Virus record (IMG/VR): IMGVR_UViG_3300048121_000993
Span: 1 to 64,000 of that record
Length of the DNA stretch: 64,000 bases
Strand: one strand, 5' to 3'
DNA from: a virus
Taxonomy: Duplodnaviria > Caudoviricetes
The notes under the pieces were generated by a model, which saw nothing but the letters and a program-made list of their open reading frames with translations, searched no databases and was not told the origin of the DNA. Position numbers and translations under genes: made by a program. The first letter of the stretch is position 1, and each line of letters opens with the position of its first letter. Shown here piece after piece: positions 49,911-60,289 of this stretch.

Positions 49911-50429
49911 ATGAATATGGATGTTATTCAAAAAGCAGATTTGTTCGCTAGTGTGGCTCACGCAGCAATTGGACAAAAACGCAAATACAGTGGAGTGGAC
50001 TATATAGTTCACCCACGCAGAGTATCTAAAATGGTTGCTGATTACGAAGGCACAGAAGAAATGATCGCGGCCGCATTGTTACATGATGTGTTGGAAGATA
50101 CATATGTAACCAGTGAAATGATTGCAGAAGAGTTTGGTTGGAAGATTCACAAGTTGGTTGTTGAGCTTACTGATGTTAGCAAGCCAGAAGATGGAAACCG
50201 TGCAAAGCGTAAGGCAATAGATGCAGAGCGTTTAAGTCAAGCAAGTAGAGACGCACAAATTGTTAAACTTGCTGATCTCATAGACAACAGTGATGACATT
50301 GAAGCAAACGATCCAAGTTTTGCTAAAGTGTTTTTAAAAGAAAAAGCACACCTTATAAGCGTTATGGATAAAGTACATTTGCACCCTTTATATCCTATAG
50401 CACTTGGTGTAGTTAACGGAGGTAAATAG
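49911..50429 (+). CDS. HD-domain (p)ppGpp hydrolase-like protein (SpoT-HD/Mesh1 family)
   Basis: AH...QKRK...YIVHP, AALLHDVLEDT, VKLAD.IDN. Confidence 0.85.
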   Translation: MNMDVIQKADLFASVAHAAIGQKRKYSGVDYIVHPRRVSKMVADYEGTEEMIAAALLHDVLEDTYVTSEMIAEEFGWKIHKLVVELTDVSKPEDGNRAKRKAIDAERLSQASRDAQIVKLADLIDNSDDIEANDPSFAKVFLKEKAHLISVMDKVHLHPLYPIALGVVNGGK

Positions 50430-50433
50430 TATT

Positions 50434-50649
50434 ATGATAGGATTAGATTTAATGATTATATTAGGCCTGTTTACAATGGCCTGTGCATACTTTAGTCAAC
50501 GAACTGGATATAGACAGGGCGTAAATGAAGGTATGGAATCAACTTTACAATTACTTGAAAACGGAGGCTATATTAAAATAGTCGAAGACAAAGCAACTGG
50601 TATGCAAGAAATACAGAAGGTACCAAATGGAAACAACACCAGCACATAA
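50434..50649 (+). CDS. Small membrane-anchored protein
   Basis: N-terminal hydrophobic helix. Confidence 0.65.
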   Translation: MIGLDLMIILGLFTMACAYFSQRTGYRQGVNEGMESTLQLLENGGYIKIVEDKATGMQEIQKVPNGNNTST

Positions 50650-51514
50650 ATTATTCACATACAAAGAATTAAAAGATCATCAGCAAGCAGGTACATGGCC
50701 ACTTGCTGATTCTACATTGTTGTCTACAAAATATGCAGACAGATGGGAAATGGCTAAACGACTGCACGATATAGTTGACACAGATCTTTGGAAAAAATTT
50801 AACACAGATCCACAAATTGAACATTGGGCTAATGACGAAGTTCCTAATAAACTTTATTCCAATCTAAACAGTGGAGATGTTTTTAGTTTTGATGAAGATT
50901 TTGTAGCAGGACCTAACGCATGGTTATTACCTGACGAAGATGGTAAACATGATGAGACGGTAAATAGAACAAAGATTTATATAATGCAATATACTGGCCA
51001 AAATTATGAAAACGGCAATTTTGAACAAGCACCTGAAGAACTTAAATATTTTATAGAAATGCAAAAAGACTTTCAACCAGTATTAGAGCATTACCTATAT
51101 GAAAACTATTCAGATCAAATGCATCTATGGAACGATTGGCAAGGTGAACATGATCTTGGAGTTATTTATAAACTAATGGTTATTAAATATTGGACACCGT
51201 GTGCGAACCCAGAAGATGTAACAGAGCATAGAAAACACGGTTCAGAGAGATACGGAAGACATCATTGCGATGAAACATTGGGTGGGTTACATTTAGGTGA
51301 AAACTATTCAGAGTTTTGGGCAGAGAATACTGAAACAAAAGAACGAAACATGATTACAGAACTAGCAGATAATAAAATGTTATGGATGCATGGTGAAGAT
51401 TCGGAACAAAGCGGATGGATACCTACATATCATGGAATGACACATAATCCACAAGATGACTTAGGTGATCGATATAGTATAATTATGGATTTACAAGCAA
51501 GATATAAAGATTAA
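50627..51514 (+). CDS. Hypothetical protein, possible 2OG-Fe(II) oxygenase fold
   Basis: HCD...PTYHG...RYSI pattern. Confidence 0.5.
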   Translation: METTPAHKLFTYKELKDHQQAGTWPLADSTLLSTKYADRWEMAKRLHDIVDTDLWKKFNTDPQIEHWANDEVPNKLYSNLNSGDVFSFDEDFVAGPNAWLLPDEDGKHDETVNRTKIYIMQYTGQNYENGNFEQAPEELKYFIEMQKDFQPVLEHYLYENYSDQMHLWNDWQGEHDLGVIYKLMVIKYWTPCANPEDVTEHRKHGSERYGRHHCDETLGGLHLGENYSEFWAENTETKERNMITELADNKMLWMHGEDSEQSGWIPTYHGMTHNPQDDLGDRYSIIMDLQARYKD

Positions 51515-51529
51515 CACACAGGAGATAAA

Positions 51530-52117
51530 ATGATAATACCAACAGTAATTGAGAGTACAGGAAGAGGCGAACGTGCATATGACATTTATAGTCGTTTGCT
51601 TAAAGATCGTATTGTAATGCTTAATGGAGAAGTTAATGACCATACGGCAAATTTAGTAGTTGCACAAATGCTATTTTTGGAATCACAAAATAGTGCAGAA
51701 GATATTAATTTTTATATTAATAGTCCAGGTGGTGCAGTTACAGCCGGGCTTGGAATTTATGACACAATGCAGTTTATTAAATCTCCAGTAAGCACAATTG
51801 TAATGGGTCAAGCATGTAGCATGGGTAGTTTCCTTGCTATGGCAGGTGAGCCGGGCAAGCGTTTAGTATTGCCAAACTCACGCACAATGATTCACCAACC
51901 AAGTGGCGGCGCAGGCGGACAAGCAACTGATATGCAAATTCAAGTTGATGAGATTCTTAAGATGAAAAAGAACCTAACACAAATTTATGTTAATCATAAT
52001 AGTGTAGGTAAAACATATGAAGAATTAGAAGCGGCTATGGAGCGTGATAATTTTATGTCAGCACAAGAAGCCGTAGATTTTGGTCTTGCTGATAAAGTTG
52101 TTGTTCGAAAAACATAA
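51530..52117 (+). CDS. clpP: ATP-dependent Clp protease proteolytic subunit
   Basis: [37 protein letters not shown]. Confidence 0.96.
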   Translation: MIIPTVIESTGRGERAYDIYSRLLKDRIVMLNGEVNDHTANLVVAQMLFLESQNSAEDINFYINSPGGAVTAGLGIYDTMQFIKSPVSTIVMGQACSMGSFLAMAGEPGKRLVLPNSRTMIHQPSGGAGGQATDMQIQVDEILKMKKNLTQIYVNHNSVGKTYEELEAAMERDNFMSAQEAVDFGLADKVVVRKT

Positions 52118-52152
52118 TATATTTGTAATACTATATTTGTATAAATAATAGT

Positions 52153-52842
52153 ATGAAGATACATGATATATTAGAAACAGAGCAAGTACTAGAAGGTCCA
52201 AACGATCCTCACATATTTAAAGCAGTATTCCTAGCCGGTGGTCCTGGCTCGGGTAAAAGCTATGTGGCACAAAAACTATTAACTGGTGGTGGATTAAAAC
52301 CTCTTAATAGTGATGATGTTTATGAGTATCTTGCTAAAAAACACAATATTGATTTAAGTGACCCTGAAGTTGTTGGAAGCAACAAGGGGCAAGAAATCCG
52401 TAACCGTGCTAAAGAAATTACTAAAACAAGAGAAGACTTATATCTAGATGGTCGCTTAGGTTTAGTAATTGATGGCACAGGCAAGGATGTATCTAAAGTA
52501 TCGCAAGCCAAAAGACAATTAAGTGAATTAGGTTACGATACTATGATGTTATTTGTTAACACAAGTGAAGAGGTAGCACAAGAACGCAACGCCGAAAGAG
52601 CTAGAACAATACCAGCAGACATGGTAAAGGTGATGTGGCAACGAGTTCAACAAAACATAATGAAATTCCAACAAGTCTTTGGAGCTGCAAAGTTCCATGT
52701 AATAGACAATAGTGGCGGGTTAGAAGACCCCGATCGAAAAGAAAACTTTGATAATGTATACAAAGCAATACAACAGTTTCTAAACGATCCACCCACTAAG
52801 AGAGCCGCTAAGGCTTGGTTAAGCAAGAATACTAAAACATAG
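52153..52842 (+). CDS. P-loop kinase (zeta toxin/AAA_33-like)
   Basis: LAGGPGSGKS, NSDD, IDGTG, RN.ER.R. Confidence 0.75.
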   Translation: MKIHDILETEQVLEGPNDPHIFKAVFLAGGPGSGKSYVAQKLLTGGGLKPLNSDDVYEYLAKKHNIDLSDPEVVGSNKGQEIRNRAKEITKTREDLYLDGRLGLVIDGTGKDVSKVSQAKRQLSELGYDTMMLFVNTSEEVAQERNAERARTIPADMVKVMWQRVQQNIMKFQQVFGAAKFHVIDNSGGLEDPDRKENFDNVYKAIQQFLNDPPTKRAAKAWLSKNTKT

Positions 52843-52920
52843 TATTTAAGTGACACTGATATCAGCATAAATATTAAGCAGTTCAACTATTAACTGTTTT
52901 TATATTAGATAGGGAATTTT

Positions 52921-53271
52921 ATGTATACATATAAAGCAAAACTAGTAAGAGTAATAAACGGTGATACTTTGGACATTGAAATCGATTTAGGTTTCGATAT
53001 CATTATTAAACAAAGATTAAAGTTATATGGTATTGATACACCTGATAGTAGATCAACAGATGTTGACACTAAACAAAAAGGCCTTGACGTTAAGCAACGT
53101 TTAATGGACTTATTGAACAAAGAATTTAAAGTAGAAACTATACTTAACAAGCGTGGTAAGTATGGTCGTATACTTGGAAAGATCTATGTTGTTGTTAACA
53201 ACAACGAGGTTTGTATAAACGAATTATTAGTAGATGAAGGTCTCGCAATTCGTTATAACATCGGGAAATAA
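52921..53271 (+). CDS. SNase-like nuclease
   Basis: RVINGDT, LYGIDTPD, GKYGRILG, L..EGLA. Confidence 0.8.
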   Translation: MYTYKAKLVRVINGDTLDIEIDLGFDIIIKQRLKLYGIDTPDSRSTDVDTKQKGLDVKQRLMDLLNKEFKVETILNKRGKYGRILGKIYVVVNNNEVCINELLVDEGLAIRYNIGK

Positions 53272-53272
53272 T

Positions 53273-54751
53273 ATGAAGTTATTCGGTTATTGGACAGTTT
53301 TAGTTGCACTATCAATAAGTGCTGTGGCGGCCTACTACAGTATTGTTGGACTTGTGGCTATCTTTGCTAGTGCCGTTATACCGATTATTATTATGGGGTC
53401 TGTGCTAGAAGTAGGCAAATTGACATCAGCTGTCTGGTTGCACTTGAACTGGAAATCAGCTCCATTTTTAATTAAAACGTATCTCACTATAGCCGTCATA
53501 ATGCTTATGTTTATTACAAGCATGGGTATTTTTGGATTTTTAAGTAAAGCACATATTGAACAAACTAGTGCGGCTAGTGAGAACGTTGCCCAAATTGAAC
53601 GTATAGAAGAAAGCATAGTAAGAAATAAATTAATTATTACCAAGTCAGAAGATAAGATTATTAAACTTGAAGCAGTTGATATTTCTTTAGATGATGGAAT
53701 ACAAGAAAAAATACGCATAGAGCAACAAAGAATTGAAAATGCATATACAGGTGTACAACCATCAATAGATGAACAGAATGCAATTATAGTTGCAGAAACA
53801 GAGGCTAAAGCAAATGCTATAGCACCGTTTGAAACAGAATTAGCTAACATTATTGAAAAACTAGCATTAATGGATCAGTATTCAATCAATGGTGAGATTG
53901 AAAAAATGCAAGGACTATTAGGTGTTAGACAAGATGGTATACTTGGTTGGAATACTAGAGAAGCATTAAAGAAATTTAAAGAAGATAATAATAAAGCAAA
54001 AGGCATGGCAGGATATCAGCTAAATAAAGTTAGAGATGAATTTGATGATTCTGTTATCAAAGATGCTAGAGCCGAAATTAAAAGAATTAGAATGTTAGCA
54101 GAACAACAGATTGCAGACTCTAATGCATTGATTACTAGGTTAAGAGCACAACTTGGACAAGGTCAACAACAAGACAATACAGTATTAATTGATACCCAGC
54201 GTAATTTAATTGTTGATTCTGAAGCCAAGTTAGAAGAACTTTATACTACAAAATATACACTAGAAGGCGAAAGCAGAAAACTAGAAGCAGAAGTTGGACC
54301 GGTTAAGTATATTGCAGAATTAGTTTATGGACAAGAACCAGGCAGAAATGTCTTGGAAGAAACAGTAAGATATGTTATACTAATACTTGTATTTGTGTTT
54401 GATCCATTAGCAGTTGTACTTGTTCTTGCAGGAATATCTGGAATAGGATTACGCAAATCAACAAAAGGAACACATGAGCAAAAAGAAGAATCCACAAAGT
54501 CTAAAATTAATGAAGATACCAAAAATGTCACCGTCATTAAGAAAGATGTTGTGGGTAATAAAAAAGACAACAAGTCTCCCAAAAAACCTGTTGTTCAAAA
54601 TAAAATACATGAAGAAGATGTAGTGCATACGGATTCAAAAGGTAAAGAATATACAGTTGACAAACGTGGCAATAGAAAATACCTAATTGAACAATTGCAA
54701 TACGACTTAAACGACAGATCAAAAAAATTACAACAACAAAAGAAAAGATAA
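53273..54751 (+). CDS. Membrane protein with long coiled coil
   Basis: About three N-terminal TM helices, coiled coil, late TM helix (FVFDPLAV). Confidence 0.75.
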   Translation: MKLFGYWTVLVALSISAVAAYYSIVGLVAIFASAVIPIIIMGSVLEVGKLTSAVWLHLNWKSAPFLIKTYLTIAVIMLMFITSMGIFGFLSKAHIEQTSAASENVAQIERIEESIVRNKLIITKSEDKIIKLEAVDISLDDGIQEKIRIEQQRIENAYTGVQPSIDEQNAIIVAETEAKANAIAPFETELANIIEKLALMDQYSINGEIEKMQGLLGVRQDGILGWNTREALKKFKEDNNKAKGMAGYQLNKVRDEFDDSVIKDARAEIKRIRMLAEQQIADSNALITRLRAQLGQGQQQDNTVLIDTQRNLIVDSEAKLEELYTTKYTLEGESRKLEAEVGPVKYIAELVYGQEPGRNVLEETVRYVILILVFVFDPLAVVLVLAGISGIGLRKSTKGTHEQKEESTKSKINEDTKNVTVIKKDVVGNKKDNKSPKKPVVQNKIHEEDVVHTDSKGKEYTVDKRGNRKYLIEQLQYDLNDRSKKLQQQKKR

Positions 54752-55201
54752 ATGAAAATTGATAATAGCAGTTATACTGTTACCCCTCCAGACCTTTATA
54801 TGACCGAACATGGAATAAGTATTCTTATTTCGAGTACCAATGCAACGTTTATTACATCAGTAAAGGAAGTCTTTGAAAAATTTATAGCAACAAGTATTGT
54901 TTTTCTTGAACAAAATAAAAAAACTAATTCAGAAACACTACCATGGATGTGGAATGTTTCTAAAACATCTGATTTTATGATAGTTGATGTAGATACTTGT
55001 GCATGGGAAGATATCATGGCAGGGTTGTTAAAATCAAAAGAAGAAGAAAATACAGTGTTATTTTACAGCGATAAATACAAGCGAAGAGAAACTGTAAAAT
55101 TAATAAATGCTACAGGCACTAATTTAGTTGTTAGATCAATAAGCGATATTAACAATTATATAAAACTACAAATGAGCCCAGAATATTTTAATGAAGTCTA
55201 G
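54752..55201 (+). CDS. Hypothetical protein
   Basis: Intact, coupled ORF. Confidence 0.7.
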   Translation: MKIDNSSYTVTPPDLYMTEHGISILISSTNATFITSVKEVFEKFIATSIVFLEQNKKTNSETLPWMWNVSKTSDFMIVDVDTCAWEDIMAGLLKSKEEENTVLFYSDKYKRRETVKLINATGTNLVVRSISDINNYIKLQMSPEYFNEV

Positions 55202-56414
55202 CAATCTAACCATATGCAATTTTTGTAACAAAGACACAACACAAGTAAAGAAACTACTAGCGGGTGAAAATGGTACCCACATATGTAGTGATTGTGTTGA
55301 GCTATGTTACGGCATAGTTAAAGAACAAAAGGTTGAAGCCATACATAAAAATTATGGTAAAAAATATCAAGTTCCTACTCCTAGAGAAATACATAATGAT
55401 TTAGATAAACATGTAATCAGTCAAGACCATGCAAAAAAGACTTTGAGTGTAGCAATATACAATCACTATAAAAGAATATCAACAACTACAAAAACAAAAT
55501 TACAAAAAAGCAATGTACTATTATGCGGTCCTACAGGAACAGGCAAAACATTAATGGCACAAACACTTGCAGAATTCTTAGGTGTGCCAATGGTTGTAAC
55601 TGATGCAACAGTTATTACTGAAAGTGGGTATGCAGGCGATGATGCAGAAGTACTAATACACAAATTATTCCAAGCATCAAACTATAACAAAGAACGCACA
55701 GAACACGGTATTATATATGTTGACGAGATTGACAAAAAAGCAAAGCGTAATGACTATGTTAGTTTAAGCAGAGATGTATCTGGAGAAGGTGTACAACAGA
55801 GCCTTTTAAAGCTCATGGAAGGTACTATAGTACCGGTTCCTAACAAACCGCAACATAACCCGGAGAAGGTGGATATTGACACCAGTGAGATACTATTTGT
55901 AGTAGGTGGTGCCTTTGTTGGTCTACAAGATGTTGTGGTTAACAGGCTCGGTAAAGCAAAGATAGGATTTAACGACGGTTTAGACGCCGATGTAGAACAG
56001 TGGGAAAAGCACTTACAAACACGAGATTTAGTGAAGTATGGGCTTATACCAGAATTTGTGGGTAGATTACCGTCTGTAAACGCCTTAACACCGTTAAATA
56101 AGAACGATCTTGTACGAATACTAACTGAACCAATGGGTAGTATAATAGATCAAATAAAAGAGCTTTTTCTACTTGACAAAATACAAATAGAGTTTACAAT
56201 AACAGCATTGGAACAAATTGCAGCAATTGCCATTGATGAAGAATTAGGTGCTAGAGGTTTACGTAAAATATTAGACCAAGCACTATTAGAAACTCAATAT
56301 CAATTGCCAGAATTATATGAAAAGGGAGTACGCAAAATTATTATAAATGAACAAGTTATTTCTAGAAACGCACAACCACAATTTATTAAAGGTGAAAATG
56401 CAGAACAGAAATAA
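55191..56414 (+). CDS. clpX: Clp protease ATP-binding subunit ClpX
   Basis: CNFC/ICSDC zinc domain, GPTGTGKT, YVDEIDK, RDVSGEGVQQ, IGF loop, GARGLR. Confidence 0.95.
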   Translation: MKSSNLTICNFCNKDTTQVKKLLAGENGTHICSDCVELCYGIVKEQKVEAIHKNYGKKYQVPTPREIHNDLDKHVISQDHAKKTLSVAIYNHYKRISTTTKTKLQKSNVLLCGPTGTGKTLMAQTLAEFLGVPMVVTDATVITESGYAGDDAEVLIHKLFQASNYNKERTEHGIIYVDEIDKKAKRNDYVSLSRDVSGEGVQQSLLKLMEGTIVPVPNKPQHNPEKVDIDTSEILFVVGGAFVGLQDVVVNRLGKAKIGFNDGLDADVEQWEKHLQTRDLVKYGLIPEFVGRLPSVNALTPLNKNDLVRILTEPMGSIIDQIKELFLLDKIQIEFTITALEQIAAIAIDEELGARGLRKILDQALLETQYQLPELYEKGVRKIIINEQVISRNAQPQFIKGENAEQK

Positions 56415-56928
56415 AGGATATAAACAACGTACAAAAGGCCCATTTGTAATCGCAAATGATCGAATAAGAGCAAAAGAAGTTAGAGTAAACTTTCCAGACG
56501 GTGAAAGCCAAGTGCTGTCTTTAAAGGATGCTTTGAATGAAGCAAAGTCGTTATATTTAGATTTAGTGTTGATCGCCGAAAAGGCAGACCCACCAGTTTG
56601 TAAAATAATTGATCTAAACAAGCATTTGTATTCATTAAAGCAAAAAGAAAAATTGGCAAAGAAAAAGCAACGAGAAAGCGTTGTAGAGACCAAAGAAGTG
56701 CGTATGGGACTAAACATAGATACACATGATTTAGAGACTAAGGCTAAAGCAGCTCGTAAATTTTTGGATAAAAATAACAAAGTAACAGTTACAGTTGTTT
56801 TGCGTGGTAGAGAACGTGGGCGGCAAGACCTTGCAAGGGAATTGCTAAATACATTTGCTTATCTATTAGAAGTAGAATACGAGCAAATATCATCACAGAA
56901 CAATCGAGTATCTGGTAAAATACAATAA
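56398..56928 (+). CDS. infC: Translation initiation factor IF-3
   Basis: N.RIRAKEVR, LDLVLI, PPVCKI.D, KEVR, HDL.TK, LRGRE; SD favours ATG at 56398. Confidence 0.9.
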   Translation: MQNRNKGYKQRTKGPFVIANDRIRAKEVRVNFPDGESQVLSLKDALNEAKSLYLDLVLIAEKADPPVCKIIDLNKHLYSLKQKEKLAKKKQRESVVETKEVRMGLNIDTHDLETKAKAARKFLDKNNKVTVTVVLRGRERGRQDLARELLNTFAYLLEVEYEQISSQNNRVSGKIQ

Positions 56929-56936
56929 AGGTAAAC

Positions 56937-57203
56937 ATGGGAAACTATAATAGAAATAATAAACGTGACGACAAACCTCAGTTTGGTCCTGGACTATCTG
57001 TAGAAGTTAGAAATGGCAATGTAGAACAAGCTATGAGAAAACTTAAGAAGTTAGTTATGAAAACTGGACTTATGAATGAAGTACGCGAACGCAGATACTT
57101 CGTTAGCAACACTGAAAAAAGACTTAAAGCAGAGGCGGCAGGCCGAGCTAGAAGGCGTAGAGAAATAGCTAAAGATTCAATCGTAAAGAAAAGACTATAC
57201 TAA
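56937..57203 (+). CDS. rpsU: Ribosomal protein bS21
   Basis: VEVRNGNVEQAMRKLKK...G...E.RERRYF....EKR. Confidence 0.88.
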   Translation: MGNYNRNNKRDDKPQFGPGLSVEVRNGNVEQAMRKLKKLVMKTGLMNEVRERRYFVSNTEKRLKAEAAGRARRRREIAKDSIVKKRLY

Positions 57204-57305
57204 TACGTTATAACTGAATTTGTTCACAAATGTGGATAAATAATAATGTGTACAACAGGACTGATTCCTACCGTATACATAGAACGCCGAAAGGGTTCTA
57301 AATAA

Positions 57306-57334
57306 TCTTGCTTAATATAAGGAGAAAAGATATG
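57306..57334 (+). promoter_or_regulatory. ROSE-like RNA thermometer
   Basis: UCUUGCUU pairs with SD AAGGAGA with a bulged G, directly before the sHSP start. Confidence 0.7.
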
Positions 57335-57754
57335 ACTAGATTAACAACACTAAATCTTCCAGATTTTTATAAGACTACAATAGGATTTGATAGTATGTTT
57401 GATGAAATGCAAAATGCATTCGCAACAAACACAGGCGGTTACCCACCTTACAACATTGTAAAGGAAAGTGACACTAGCTATTCAATTAGCCTAGCAGTAG
57501 CAGGTTTTAATAAAGACGAGATAAAAATCGAACAAGACGGTAATACACTTTCAATTAATGCTGAAAAGAAACCAATCGAGGAAGAGATTGAATATTTACA
57601 CAAAGGCATTGGAACTAGAAACTTTACAAAAGAATTTAGTTTAGCTGATTATGTAGAAGTAACATCGTCAAAGCTAGATAACGGTATCTTAGTAGTTACA
57701 TTGGAACAAAATATTCCAGACGAAAAGAAACCACGAACTATTAAAATTGACTAA
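57332..57754 (+). CDS. Small heat shock protein (Hsp20/IbpA-like)
   Basis: IGFD, YPPYNI, AVAGF, YLHKGI..R.F...F.L, L.NGIL. Confidence 0.93.
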   Translation: MTRLTTLNLPDFYKTTIGFDSMFDEMQNAFATNTGGYPPYNIVKESDTSYSISLAVAGFNKDEIKIEQDGNTLSINAEKKPIEEEIEYLHKGIGTRNFTKEFSLADYVEVTSSKLDNGILVVTLEQNIPDEKKPRTIKID

Positions 57755-57768
57755 TATAAGGTAAAAAA

Positions 57769-58071
57769 ATGACTCAAGCATCATCAAGTAGCGTAGCAGA
57801 AATAACTAAATTAAAACCACCATCACGGTACAATGTTGTATTGTTAAATGATGACTCTACGCCACAGGAGTTTGTAGTAAATGTTTTACTGACAATTTAT
57901 AATAGGTCAACGGAACAAGCAAACTCCGTGATGCTTGAAGTCCACGAAAAGGGCCGAGGCATTGCAGGCACATACAGTTACGAAGTAGCTGAACAAAAAT
58001 GTGTGGAAACTATCACTGACGCACGGAAAAACCAATTTCCATTAGATGTCACAATAGAAAAAGCAGAATAA
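57769..58071 (+). CDS. clpS: Clp adaptor ClpS
   Basis: P..Y.VVLLNDD.TP.EFVV.VL, MLEVH..G, FPL. Confidence 0.93.
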   Translation: MTQASSSSVAEITKLKPPSRYNVVLLNDDSTPQEFVVNVLLTIYNRSTEQANSVMLEVHEKGRGIAGTYSYEVAEQKCVETITDARKNQFPLDVTIEKAE

Positions 58072-58079
58072 ACAATTAA

Positions 58080-58649
58080 ATGAAAATAGCAATCACGCAA
58101 CGTGTGATTGAATTTCGAAACGGACCGTACGATAGCATTGATCATGGATTTTATGAAATGTTTTCAGGTCATACATTGTTACCAATACCAAACCATTTAG
58201 AGCATTATAGAACAGATACAATAGTTAATAGTGACTTAGTAGTGTTTACAGGCGGCAATAGTATGATACCAGGAAACTGGCAATACAATGAAAATCGTTT
58301 ACGAGTTGAGAAACACACGTTAGATTTAGCAAAACTATACAATAAACCAATATTAGGAATCAGCAGAGGCTGTCAGTTTCTGACGGTTGCTCATGGTGGA
58401 TCTTTAGAAGAAAACGGTAGACATCACATCAATCATAGTGTAAACTATAAGGGTAGTAATGTAGAAGTATGCAGTAGGCATGAAGAAATTTTAAAAACTA
58501 TACCTACTGGTGCAACAGTATTAGCAACAGATGATTATGGATTTTGTGAAAGTTGGAAATTAGACAATATGATAACAGTGTTATGGCACCCAGAACGGAT
58601 GAAAACACATTGGCTTCCATACGAAGCATACGGAATTTTAGGATTATAA
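58080..58649 (+). CDS. Class I GATase-like protein (paralogue of 35325-35867)
   Basis: ITQR, PIPNH, FTGG, PILGISRG, FCESW, WHPE. Confidence 0.8.
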   Translation: MKIAITQRVIEFRNGPYDSIDHGFYEMFSGHTLLPIPNHLEHYRTDTIVNSDLVVFTGGNSMIPGNWQYNENRLRVEKHTLDLAKLYNKPILGISRGCQFLTVAHGGSLEENGRHHINHSVNYKGSNVEVCSRHEEILKTIPTGATVLATDDYGFCESWKLDNMITVLWHPERMKTHWLPYEAYGILGL

Positions 58650-58650
58650 T

Positions 58651-59067
58651 ATGAAAATAGGATTTACATGTAGTACATTTGATTTGTTACACGCAGGTCA
58701 TATAGGCATGCTCAGAGAAGCAAAAGCAAATTGTGATGTTTTAATTGTAGGATTACAAAGTGATCCAACTATTGATCGCCCAGATACAAAGAATAAGCCT
58801 ATACAAACAATGGTAGAACGTTATGCACAACTCAATGCATTAAAATTTGTAGATGAGATTGTACCATATCAAACAGAACAAGATTTAATTGACATACTGG
58901 AACTGTTTCAGTTAGATGTTAGATTTTTAGGCGATGAATATAAAGAAAAAGAATTTACTGGAAAAGATGTATGTCGTAAGCGTGGTATTGAGCTACACTT
59001 TAATAAACGAGATCATAGATTCAGTACAACAGATTTAAGACATAGGGTATGTAAAAATGAGAATTGA
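58651..59067 (+). CDS. Cytidylyltransferase (TagD-like)
   Basis: FDLLHAGH (HxGH), VGLQSD, VDEI, FSTT. Confidence 0.88.
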   Translation: MKIGFTCSTFDLLHAGHIGMLREAKANCDVLIVGLQSDPTIDRPDTKNKPIQTMVERYAQLNALKFVDEIVPYQTEQDLIDILELFQLDVRFLGDEYKEKEFTGKDVCRKRGIELHFNKRDHRFSTTDLRHRVCKNEN

Positions 59068-60166
59068 TCAAGACATTAAACTAGACTACAGTGACGTTTT
59101 AATTCGTCCAAAGCGTAGTACATTAAGTTCACGCAAACAAGTAAGACTTGAACGCAAGTTTAAATTTAGAAACAGCAGACACGAGTACGAAGGTATTCCT
59201 ATTATGGCTGCTAACATGGATGGTGTTGGAACATTTGAAATGGCAGATGAACTTGCACAACAAAATATATTTACATGTTTAGTAAAAACATATTCAGTGG
59301 AAGAACTTGTAGATTTTTTTAACAATGATTATCCGGATAATAGAAGAACACAAAACATTGCTATGAGCATTGGTACAGGAACAATAGACTTTGATAAGTT
59401 AGAAGCTGTGTATAATAAAGTAAGCAATAAACTAAAATATGTATGTATGGATATTGCAAATGGTTACAGTGATCACTTTGCACAACATGTTAAAAAAGTT
59501 CGTAATGCATTTCCTAATTTAGTAATTATAGCAGGTAATGTAGTAACCGGAGAGATGACAGAGGAGTTAATTTTAAATGGAGCAGACATCGTTAAAGTCG
59601 GAATTGGACCAGGAAGCGTGTGTACAACACGAATCCAAACAGGAGTCGGGTATCCGCAACTTAGTGCAGTCATTGAATGTGCAGATGCGGCACATGGACT
59701 TGGTGGACATATTATCGCTGATGGGGGCTGTAACTCTAGTGGTGATGTGGCTAAAGCATTTGCTGGCGGCGCCGATTATGTAATGCTAGGCGGTATGCTT
59801 GCAGGACATGATCAAGGTGGCGGCGAAGTTATTAGTAAGATGTATGCAACCAATGAATGGCTTACAGCAGAAAAGCCAGTACTTGAACAAAAACAGTTTG
59901 TGGCTTTTTACGGAATGAGCAGTGATGCTGCAAACACAAAACACTTTGGAGGACTAAAAGACTATCGTGCAAGCGAAGGACGAGAAGTATTAGTTCCATA
60001 CAGAGGTGCAGTACAACACACCGTACAAGCAATCTTAGGTGGGTTGCGTAGTACCTGTACATATGCAGGTGCAATGAAACTTAAACAACTTAGTAAATGT
60101 ACTACGTTTGTTCGCGTTAACAATCAGTTTAACAAAACATACGAAAGCACAACAACTAAGATTTAG
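59057..60166 (+). CDS. guaC: GMP reductase
   Basis: [41 protein letters not shown]. Confidence 0.95.
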   Translation: MRIDQDIKLDYSDVLIRPKRSTLSSRKQVRLERKFKFRNSRHEYEGIPIMAANMDGVGTFEMADELAQQNIFTCLVKTYSVEELVDFFNNDYPDNRRTQNIAMSIGTGTIDFDKLEAVYNKVSNKLKYVCMDIANGYSDHFAQHVKKVRNAFPNLVIIAGNVVTGEMTEELILNGADIVKVGIGPGSVCTTRIQTGVGYPQLSAVIECADAAHGLGGHIIADGGCNSSGDVAKAFAGGADYVMLGGMLAGHDQGGGEVISKMYATNEWLTAEKPVLEQKQFVAFYGMSSDAANTKHFGGLKDYRASEGREVLVPYRGAVQHTVQAILGGLRSTCTYAGAMKLKQLSKCTTFVRVNNQFNKTYESTTTKI

Positions 60167-60289
60167 CTATGTTGTACATGCATAGCGTCTTTGCAGCAGA
60201 TAAGTAAGTGATTCTGCGGTATTATAGATAAATAGATGTGTAATAAAAATGGCACAATGTTGTGTTATAGTTACATGTACAAAGTAGTA

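Noticed and set aside
746-60074. Many short minus-strand ORFs in the supplied track
   Set aside because: They are antisense shadows of well-supported + strand genes; only 14956-15327, 62185-62940 and 62927-63238 occupy free space with promoters
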